Shown in pieces: positions 47,279 through 54,443 of a DNA stretch of 54,443 nt. Location of the stretch: NCBI GenBank assembly GCA_964372935.1, contig CAYJRF010000005.1:1-54443 (forward strand). The letters are read 5' to 3'. The stretch comes from an uncultured Candidatus Saccharibacteria bacterium (GTDB lineage Bacteria; Patescibacteriota; UBA1384; 2-12-FULL-50-11; DASWYB01). A program made the translations under genes and the position numbers. The notes below the pieces were generated by a model. It did no database searches, had not been told where the DNA came from, and worked only from the letters and a program-made list of their open reading frames with translations. Every line of letters begins with the position of its first letter. The first letter of the stretch is position 1.

Positions 47279-49012
47279 ATGGAGCAATCGGATCAGCTCA
47301 ATCGGATGCGCCACTCGGCGGCTCATCTTTTGGCCATGGCGGTGCTCAAACTTCGTCCCAAGGCCAAGTTGGGTATCGGGCCGGTGATTGACAACGGCTT
47401 CTACTACGATTTTGAGGTTAATCCGCCACTAACCATGGAAGATTTGCCTCATCTGGAGCAAGCGATGGGCGAATTGATTGGCGCCGATTTTGCTTTTGAG
47501 CGCCGAGAAGTTAGCCGTGAAGATGCCAAAAGGCTGGTGGGTGATCAACCCTACAAGCATGAGCTTATTGACGCCCTGCCGCCGGAAGAAGTCGCAACGG
47601 TCTACCAATCGGGCGGTTTTACCGACTTGTGCCGCGGTCCCCACGTGGGGCGATCGGGCGAGATTAGTTCGGCCTTTAAGCTGACTTCGCTGGCCGGCGC
47701 TTACTGGCGCGGCGACGAGCGGCGGGCCGTGCTCACCAGAATTTATGGCGTCCTGTTGGCCTCTCCCGATGAGCTGTCAGCGTATTTAAGGCAACTGGAC
47801 CTGGCCAAAGATCGCGATCATCGCAAGTTGGGCAAGGAGCTGGGTTTGTTCACGATTATTGACAACATCGGCCCGGGACTGCCCTTGTTTTATCCCAAGG
47901 GAGCCGTCCTGCGATCTTTAGTCGAAGGGTACGTCGAACGTCTTCAGACCGAATTTGGCTACGAAGCCATTTGGATTCCCCACATTTCCAAGGGCGAACT
48001 GTATCGGCGTTCCGGTCACCTCGATAAATACCCCGAGATGTATCCGCCCATGCGCTTAGCCGGCGAGGCCGACTATTACCTCAAACCGATGAATTGTCCC
48101 CATTTTATGATGTTATACCAGTCAACCCCGCGCTCGTATCGCCACTTGCCGGTTCGCTGGACCTGCATCACGACCAACTACCGTCACGAAAAAAGTGGCG
48201 AATTGGCCGGCCTGACCCGCGTGCGCGCTCTTACCCAAGATGACTGCCATGTGTTTTTACGTCCCGATCAAATTGGGGCGGAAATAGACCTTATGCTTGA
48301 CATGGTCGGCACACTCTATCGAGCGTTCGGGTTTGATGATTTTCGGGTGCGAGTGTCAACGCGCGATCCAAGCGAGCCGGGACGTTACATCGGCGAGCCG
48401 GCGGTGTGGGCGGCCGCGGAAGAGACCCTTGCCGGTCTCATTCGTCGGCGCGGTTGGCGCCATGAAGTCGGGATGGGCGAAGCGACGTTTTACGGTCCAA
48501 AGCTAGATTTTATGATCAAAGACGCTTTGGGGCGAGAGTGGCAATTGTCGACGATTCAACTCGACATGAATTTGCCCAAACGATTTGACTTAACCTACAC
48601 CGATTCTGCCGGCGCCCTGCAGCGTCCGGTGGTGATCCATCGCGCGATACTCGGATCGACGGAGCGTTTTCTGGGCATCATGATCGAGCATTACGGCGGC
48701 GATTTTCCCCTATGGCTGGCGCCGGTTCAAGTTGCCATTTTGCCCGTGTCGGAAAAGTTCCTTGATTACGCTCGATTGGTCGAGAAGAAACTAAAAGCTC
48801 ACGCGGTTAGGACATGGATTGATGTCGCTAACGAAAGCGTAGCGAAAAAAATTCGCCAGGCCGAAGGCCAAAAATATCCCATCGTCGTCATCGTCGGTCA
48901 ACAAGAAGCCGAGTCGGCCACGGTGTCGGTGCGGCTGCGTCATGTGGGCGACACGGGACGTCTGTCGGTGGAAAAGTTTCTGGCTTCCCACCAATTCGGC
49001 GACCCCAAATAA
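47279..49012 (+). CDS. thrS: Threonyl-tRNA synthetase lacking the N-terminal TGS domain
   Basis: Begins directly at the editing-domain motif HSAAHLLAMAV. Class II core and anticodon-binding domain are present. 577 aa. Confidence 0.95.
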   Translation: MEQSDQLNRMRHSAAHLLAMAVLKLRPKAKLGIGPVIDNGFYYDFEVNPPLTMEDLPHLEQAMGELIGADFAFERREVSREDAKRLVGDQPYKHELIDALPPEEVATVYQSGGFTDLCRGPHVGRSGEISSAFKLTSLAGAYWRGDERRAVLTRIYGVLLASPDELSAYLRQLDLAKDRDHRKLGKELGLFTIIDNIGPGLPLFYPKGAVLRSLVEGYVERLQTEFGYEAIWIPHISKGELYRRSGHLDKYPEMYPPMRLAGEADYYLKPMNCPHFMMLYQSTPRSYRHLPVRWTCITTNYRHEKSGELAGLTRVRALTQDDCHVFLRPDQIGAEIDLMLDMVGTLYRAFGFDDFRVRVSTRDPSEPGRYIGEPAVWAAAEETLAGLIRRRGWRHEVGMGEATFYGPKLDFMIKDALGREWQLSTIQLDMNLPKRFDLTYTDSAGALQRPVVIHRAILGSTERFLGIMIEHYGGDFPLWLAPVQVAILPVSEKFLDYARLVEKKLKAHAVRTWIDVANESVAKKIRQAEGQKYPIVVIVGQQEAESATVSVRLRHVGDTGRLSVEKFLASHQFGDPK

Positions 49013-49023
49013 GCCGACTCGCC

Positions 49024-49770
49024 CTAGGTTTTAAGAACGTTTTCAAACAAAAAATGGACTGTCAGTGGTCCGACGCCGCCTTTGGGCGGAGTAATCGCCG
49101 CGACCCGATCCTTTACTGCCTCAAAATCAACATCCACGCCCGAGCAATCAAAAATGATTTGACCGGCGCGGGTGTTGTTGGAGTTAACAATATTTTTCGC
49201 CCCGGCCCCGGCAAAAATAACCTCGGCTTGGCGGATAAGAGCGTTTTTTCCCGTCGTGGTCTTGTGGGTGATCGTCGGGCGATGGCCTCGATGGCGTAAC
49301 CACTGGGCGATTGGCCTGCCGACCAACCGTCCTTCGCCGATCACGCCGACCTGTCTGCTATCCAAATCAATCATGTAATGGTCGCAAAGCGCCGCCACGG
49401 CTTGAACCACCGGCGAGGTAAACCGATTACGGCCGGTAAGGTTGTCGACATCTTTGGCGTTAGCGAGACGGTCTAGGACGGCCGCGGTGGCGATCTGTCG
49501 CGGCAGTGGGAGCTGAATAATCACAGAGTCCAGTGTTTTGTCCCTGTTGGCTATGTCCACGGCCGCCAACATCTCCGCGGTGGTCGTGCTAATGGGCAAG
49601 CGAGTTACGCGGGTGCTGATGGCATATTTTTCCGCTTGGCGTTGCTTTATGCTCACGTACAGCTCCGATGCCGGATTCTGACCAACTAAAAAAATTGCCA
49701 GCGTAGTCGGTTTTTGGGCGGGGAAAATCGGCAATTTATCGAGAATCGGTTGGGCCAACAGTAACACCAT
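49024..49770 (-). CDS. folD: Methylenetetrahydrofolate dehydrogenase / methenyl-THF cyclohydrolase FolD (compact)
   Basis: LVGQNPASELYVSIK, IIQLPLP, KDVD, ITPPKGGVGPLT. Confidence 0.9.
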   Translation of the reverse strand: MVLLLAQPILDKLPIFPAQKPTTLAIFLVGQNPASELYVSIKQRQAEKYAISTRVTRLPISTTTAEMLAAVDIANRDKTLDSVIIQLPLPRQIATAAVLDRLANAKDVDNLTGRNRFTSPVVQAVAALCDHYMIDLDSRQVGVIGEGRLVGRPIAQWLRHRGHRPTITHKTTTGKNALIRQAEVIFAGAGAKNIVNSNNTRAGQIIFDCSGVDVDFEAVKDRVAAITPPKGGVGPLTVHFLFENVLKT

Positions 49771-49838
49771 GACATCATAGACGTAAATACCAAAAGAGGC
49801 AATACGTTGCCTCTTTTGGGTTGATTAAGATTTTCGGC

Positions 49839-50531
49839 CTACTTTTTCCGACTAGAAAACTGACCTTCCAGCGATTCCAGGGCTCGCTTGGCGCTTCCTT
49901 GTCCACCCAAACCAAAGGAAATACCTCCCGCCAAGGTAATCATGGTGATCGCGCCGTAAAGGAGGGCGCGCATGACGTCGCTGGCAATGCCGAGCTGGTC
50001 TAAAACGGAAATGATGGTAAATATTATCACGGCGTTTCGAGTCAGGGCGGTAAGGGCGTTTACGTGATCCAGCCCGCTCGCTTGGGTCACGTGTCGCACA
50101 ACGTCCGAAAAGAAGTTGGCGACGATTAGCCCAACAAGGAGTGTCGCGGCGGCGCCGATCACATTCGGAACGTAGCTCAAGACTCGGTTAAGAAAATCTT
50201 GAACGCTCTGAATGCCCATCACCTCGGCTCCGGCCATAAACACCACGATAACTAAGATCCAGGTGACTATCTGACCGAGAATTGCCGAAACGCTCTTTTC
50301 CACGCCCGCCGAATCGAGGAGGCGCGTTAAACCAATTCGGCGCGACAGGCTGTCAAGACCCAAGGCCTGCACCACCGTGGCAATAATGTTGCCAACAATT
50401 AACGCCACCAGCCACCCAACTACCAAAACGATCAACGCCAACACCAGACGCGGAGCAAAAATCGCCAAGCGACTGGAAATGTTACCAAACTGGTCTGTTA
50501 CCGCCGTTACGGCGCCCTCGGTGGATGTCAT
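49839..50531 (-). CDS. Membrane protein built from repeated 'conserved TM helix' units (MscS N-terminal-like, no MscS beta-domain)
   Basis: About four similar TM-plus-amphipathic segments. Assignment is recall-based. Confidence 0.55.
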   Translation of the reverse strand: MTSTEGAVTAVTDQFGNISSRLAIFAPRLVLALIVLVVGWLVALIVGNIIATVVQALGLDSLSRRIGLTRLLDSAGVEKSVSAILGQIVTWILVIVVFMAGAEVMGIQSVQDFLNRVLSYVPNVIGAAATLLVGLIVANFFSDVVRHVTQASGLDHVNALTALTRNAVIIFTIISVLDQLGIASDVMRALLYGAITMITLAGGISFGLGGQGSAKRALESLEGQFSSRKK

Positions 50532-50713
50532 GCTCCCTCCCTAAATAATGCTCATCCCAGTGATTTAATCCCCGGAAACGAGATTGCGAATGATTAACAT
50601 ATTCATCGTAAATGACTTTCAACCGGCTTGTCAAGCCACGCCGAAAGGGGGCAAACCCCGAGTGTCTATGGTTGTTGACACGCCTGACGCGTCGCTTAGA
50701 GGTTGGCCGGTAA

Positions 50714-51073
50714 TCACGTCATCGGCACCTGAGCCAGCTCAACGAACGCCGGCAGAATTGCCTGCAGGATCAAGTAGGCCAACACCGCCACCAAAACAAT
50801 AAACAGCACTTGGGCCCAGTTATGGCGAATAACTTTGATGTCGCACGTGCCGTTGTAGTGCTTGAGAAAGTAGTAGATCGCTCCATCCATAAAGATGAAG
50901 GCCAGCGCCACAAGCCACCAATGGTACATCATCTGAACATTGGCCATGAACGCCGCCGCGACGCTTAGGCCCAAAAACCCCAATACCACGGCCGAGACAC
51001 AACACGACCAAGCGACCAAACCGGTCAACACGCCGATAGCCGCTCCGGACCTAATTTGTTTTGACGTCCCCAT
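50714..51073 (-). CDS. MerT-like 3-TM membrane protein with a vicinal Cys pair in TM1
   Basis: GVLTGLVAWSCCVSAVVLGFLGLS resembles MerT ...ILASACCLGPLVLIALG. A third Cys lies in a loop (GTCD). 23-nt overlap with the kinase gene's end. Confidence 0.4.
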   Translation of the reverse strand: MGTSKQIRSGAAIGVLTGLVAWSCCVSAVVLGFLGLSVAAAFMANVQMMYHWWLVALAFIFMDGAIYYFLKHYNGTCDIKVIRHNWAQVLFIVLVAVLAYLILQAILPAFVELAQVPMT

Positions 51074-52409
51074 TTTTTTCTCCTTTGTTGTATTTTACGC
51101 CCGGCGGGCGCTTTGGCAAGACAATACTAAAGTTGGATCCTCGTCCCTCCCGACTTGTTGCGGTAATGTCACCTCCATGCTTGCGGGCGATAATGCGCGA
51201 AAAATATAATCCTAAACCATAGCCATCCGGACTGGCGTGAATCGCCCCATCGGTGCGATTGAACTGGGAAAAAAGACGCGACAGAACTTCATGGCTCATG
51301 CCAATACCGGTATCGCTAACTTTCACCACAACCTGTTTTTCGTCTGGGGCGATGCTAATGACGACACTGCCTCCCTCCGGGGTGTACCTAATGGCGTTGT
51401 CTAGGATATTTTTATAGGCGATGCGCAACATTCGGCAGTCGCCCCACATTTCGACTGGCTGATGTAACAGATTGACGGTCAGTTTTTGGCTTTTCGCTTC
51501 GGCGCTTGACTTGTACTCGGAAACGATGTCGCGAAGTAACTTTGTTAAGTCGAACTTGGCGATTGACAGTTTCCATTCGCCGCTTTGAATGCGCGCGGTA
51601 TCGAGGAGGTTGTGAATTAGATTTTCCAGTCGTTGATTATTGGCCGTCGCCAAATGGACGAGCTGAAGTTGCTTTGGGGTCAGCCGGCCGAGATCAGCCC
51701 GTTGCATCAACGAGAGGGAGTTTTGGATCGCCAAAAGTGGCGTCTGAAATTCGTGGGAGGCCACTTTGAGCATATTTGAGCGCATGATATCAACCGCCAC
51801 CAAGTGATCGTTCAGAGCCTTAAGGTAATTTGATTTTCTCTCCAAGACATACCGTATTGAACGCTCGTAGATGGTCTGGTACACGAAGTACCAAACAAAC
51901 ACCGCGATCGAAATGGTGCAGAAAGTAAATATGGTCAATATGCCGATCCGTACCGAAACCGTGTAGGGAGCGATCGCCAAGACATAAAAGAAAGCGGCCT
52001 GCAGAATGAGGAGAATTACCACGACATATTCCGAGAGAGGGTACTTGAGAGCGTCGGCGACAATGATCACGAAGTAAAGAAACAAGATCAGGACGCCGTA
52101 TTGTCCGGCGATACTGGCGATGTAAGTGACGATAGCGATATATATGGCGTCGCCGAGCAACAGAAAAGTTTCGTGAAAATATATTTGGGGCAAAAAATAA
52201 TAGACCAAGAAAAAAGCTGTTCCGAGCAACATCACGAACACGAAACTTGCCGGCGCGACGCTTAACGTGGGAAGGAAGTAGAACGACACCGCTAAGGTCG
52301 CGAGCGACAACAAAGCGATCGAAGCGCTCATGCGTTGGATGATTTTTCTATTCACCAATAATCGCGAACCAAGCGCCAATGATTGTGGCAGAGTCCCGCC
52401 TTGTTCCAT
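51051..52409 (-). CDS. Sensor histidine kinase with a polytopic membrane N-terminal sensor region
   Basis: About 6 TM helices, H-box ASHEFQTPLLAI, N/G boxes LDNAIRYTP, DTGIGM, GYGLGLY. Confidence 0.88.
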   Translation of the reverse strand: MEQGGTLPQSLALGSRLLVNRKIIQRMSASIALLSLATLAVSFYFLPTLSVAPASFVFVMLLGTAFFLVYYFLPQIYFHETFLLLGDAIYIAIVTYIASIAGQYGVLILFLYFVIIVADALKYPLSEYVVVILLILQAAFFYVLAIAPYTVSVRIGILTIFTFCTISIAVFVWYFVYQTIYERSIRYVLERKSNYLKALNDHLVAVDIMRSNMLKVASHEFQTPLLAIQNSLSLMQRADLGRLTPKQLQLVHLATANNQRLENLIHNLLDTARIQSGEWKLSIAKFDLTKLLRDIVSEYKSSAEAKSQKLTVNLLHQPVEMWGDCRMLRIAYKNILDNAIRYTPEGGSVVISIAPDEKQVVVKVSDTGIGMSHEVLSRLFSQFNRTDGAIHASPDGYGLGLYFSRIIARKHGGDITATSREGRGSNFSIVLPKRPPGVKYNKGEKNGDVKTN

Positions 52410-52411
52410 GA

Positions 52412-52804
52412 CTACATCAGACTGGTTTTGGGGAGAAATTTTTCCACTCGCGCCACCAGTTGATCCAGGTCTAGTTCGGTTTTAACAACATAATCGGCGG
52501 CGCCTAGGGCCATTATTTCGTCTTTCTCGATCTCTTCCAATAGGGCGCTACAGACAATCACCGGCACGTTATGGAGTGATGTGTCGCGCTTTAATTCCCG
52601 TAGAAATTCTCTCCCATCCATAACTGGCATCATCAAGTCAAGAACGATGGCGTCGGGTCGGCGATTGCGGGCTTGCGTCAGGGCCTCTTTGCCATTGCGG
52701 GCTGTTAAAACGTTCAGCCCTTTGGCCTCAAAAGCCATACGAGAAGTCGTTAGAATCGCCTTGTCGTCGTCGACTAACAGCACCGTGGCGGCGTCATGGG
52801 ACAT
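52412..52804 (-). CDS. Stand-alone receiver-domain response regulator (CheY-like)
   Basis: VLLVDDD...AIVLDLMMPVMDG... with no output domain. 2-nt gap to the kinase gene. Confidence 0.9.
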   Translation of the reverse strand: MSHDAATVLLVDDDKAILTTSRMAFEAKGLNVLTARNGKEALTQARNRRPDAIVLDLMMPVMDGREFLRELKRDTSLHNVPVIVCSALLEEIEKDEIMALGAADYVVKTELDLDQLVARVEKFLPKTSLM

Positions 52805-52955
52805 TCATCATCCTTTTCTGTCTGAATCCACCGTACCACAGCCATTAACCCGTGTCGACGATTCGTCAAGCTTACGACAAACTTTCAAACTATCAACTCG
52901 CCGAGCCGTGCAAAGCGTCGCTTCAAAATGAGCCCGGAGAGGCCGTCCCATTACC

Positions 52956-54302
52956 TTAGTACTCGCCTAACACGTAAGTATCCTTGGCCGTCGTTAGCGG
53001 GTCGGTGATTTTCCAGGCCGCCAACGCCTCATTCAGACTTAAAAAATATGTCCGATCACCGTTAACGCAGTCTAAAAGCAACTGCTCGTGGGCGTTTGCG
53101 CGGCAAAGGCTTGGCGGTATCTTGATAATCGTCGATTTGTTTTCGTCGTTATAAGTCGTAATAATTGCCGGGTCGGGTTGGACACGGACGGTTAACAATC
53201 GAGGCGGACGAGGATGGACATCATCGCAATCTCGAAAGTGAATCACCGCTTCGGTGAGTTTTTGGGCCATCCGCTTGCCGATTGTTAATATTACCGGCAG
53301 TCCGCGCCAGCGACGAGAAGTAAGGGTGAGCTCGATTCGAGCGGACGTTTCGGTTCTGGAATCTCGCGCCACGCCCGCCTCGCGGCGGTAGCCGGTATAT
53401 TGCCCAACTTCAAGGAGACGAGCATGACCCCTTTTTAATGCATTTAGTCGAGCGAGCTTAACACCCTGTTCGCTCTCGGAGGCCGGTGGCTCCATGGTCA
53501 AACCGGCCACGAATGACAAGGCGTGATTTTGAAAAATGTCTCTGATAATGCCGGTGTGATCAAAATAACCGGCGCGAGAGCCGATGCCGTCGGTTTCGGC
53601 CATGGTGATCGTTATGGATTCAATAAACCGAGCGTGCCAAAAATGTTCAAGCGTTTTGTGTCGGAAACGGTAATCGGCTAAATACCGCATGGTCCCTTTG
53701 CCCAAAAAGTGATCGATCAAAAAAATTTGGCTGTCGTGGAAATTTGCCCGAAGTTGGCGGTTAAGTTCGATGGCGGATTGCCAGCTTGTCCCGAACGGTT
53801 TCTCGATCATTAAACAGGGCGAGGGCGCTTCGGCCGAAGGCGGCACATGTAAATTGGCAGCCGCTAAGCGGTCTGCCACACGACCGTAAAATTCCGGGGC
53901 GATGGCAAAGTAGAATATATTGAGGGATTTGCGCGAGTATTGCTTGCCGATGTTTGACACCAGTTCTTTCAGGGCGGTAAAATCCCCGTCTCCGTCAAGT
54001 TGTCCACGGCAATAAACGCAGCGACCTAAAAACTCGTCAATACTTTTTTTATCTTTGGCCGCCAGATTTGGGGCGCTGTCGAGGTGGTCCTTTATAAATT
54101 GGCTGAAATCCGATGGGGAAAATTCTCGCCGGCCAAAACCGATAAGATGCAATCCCGAATCGAACTGACCTTCCACCCAAAGGTTATACACCGCTGGAAG
54201 GAGTTTTTTGCGGCTCAAATCGCCGGTGATCCCAAAAATTGTCACGATTACGGGCGGTCGTCGCATATGCGTACTATGCGAGGCATAGTTAGACGCTGTC
54301 AA
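52956..54302 (-). CDS. zwf: Glucose-6-phosphate 1-dehydrogenase
   Basis: IFGITGDLSRKKLLPA, EKPFG, IDHFLGK. Start may be the internal ATG at 54266. Confidence 0.93.
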   Translation of the reverse strand: MTASNYASHSTHMRRPPVIVTIFGITGDLSRKKLLPAVYNLWVEGQFDSGLHLIGFGRREFSPSDFSQFIKDHLDSAPNLAAKDKKSIDEFLGRCVYCRGQLDGDGDFTALKELVSNIGKQYSRKSLNIFYFAIAPEFYGRVADRLAAANLHVPPSAEAPSPCLMIEKPFGTSWQSAIELNRQLRANFHDSQIFLIDHFLGKGTMRYLADYRFRHKTLEHFWHARFIESITITMAETDGIGSRAGYFDHTGIIRDIFQNHALSFVAGLTMEPPASESEQGVKLARLNALKRGHARLLEVGQYTGYRREAGVARDSRTETSARIELTLTSRRWRGLPVILTIGKRMAQKLTEAVIHFRDCDDVHPRPPRLLTVRVQPDPAIITTYNDENKSTIIKIPPSLCRANAHEQLLLDCVNGDRTYFLSLNEALAAWKITDPLTTAKDTYVLGEY

Positions 54303-54366
54303 ATGTTGGCCATTCGCGGGGCGTTTGTCGTGTTATGAGGTATAATCGAAGAGCGAGCGTAAACAT

Positions 54367-54442
54367 CGGGGTGTGGCCTAGTGGCTAAGGCGTCTGCTTT
54401 GGGAGCAGAAGATCCGCGGTTCGAGTCCGCGCACCCCGACCA
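54367..54442 (+). tRNA. tRNA-Pro (anticodon UGG), CCA encoded
   Basis: Folded by eye: acceptor CGGGGTG/CACCCCG (C1:G72, A73), D arm GCCT/AGGC, anticodon arm TCTGC-TTTGGGA-GCAGA, T arm CGCGG-TTCGAGT-CCGCG, 76 nt. Confidence 0.92.
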
Positions 54443-54443
54443 A

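Overview
Gene-dense, mostly GC-rich bacterial window dominated by housekeeping genes. These cover translation (serS, class I lysK, thrS, rpsP, rplY, trmD, smpB, def-fmt, hpf, tRNA-Pro), replication and repair (ruvB, ligA, a priA-like gene), secretion and envelope (secA, lepB, ftsEX plus a CHAP hydrolase, murB, an LCP protein, a parvulin PPIase) and nucleotide/folate metabolism (tmk, thyX, dcd, glyA, folD, zwf). Several features suggest a reduced-genome monoderm lineage, possibly CPR/Patescibacteria-like (inference only). They are a fused def-fmt, a class I LysRS, a half-length TsaB, a ThrRS without a TGS domain, a PriA-like protein without helicase motifs I and II, many ATGA-type overlaps, and no outer-membrane pilus parts. 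The strongest candidate for an undescribed system is a tightly coupled minus-strand type IV pilus operon (about 15.5-23.6 kb). It encodes pilB, pilC, four minor-pilin-like proteins (one fused to an LVIVD beta-propeller), a 747-aa DNRLRE/FN3/multi-TM/CarboxypepD_reg-like membrane protein, and a major pilin with its own promoter-like element. A separate tail-anchored PKD + lamin-tail-domain + OB-fold-like surface protein (6.6-8.5 kb) could be an extracellular DNA-binding partner. Two AT-rich islands stand out. One (about 33.9-35.1 kb) carries a consensus sigma70 promoter, a HicB-like ORF and a HicA-like frame, absent from the ORF track, that has an in-frame TGA and no catalytic His. Other observations are a probable CTG-initiated signal peptide on the CHAP hydrolase, a strong SD 61 nt upstream of the pilB ATG, leaderless-type promoters at thrS and def-fmt, and several short genes with good SD or terminator signals. 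All family assignments rest on motif recognition by eye; no searches were run.
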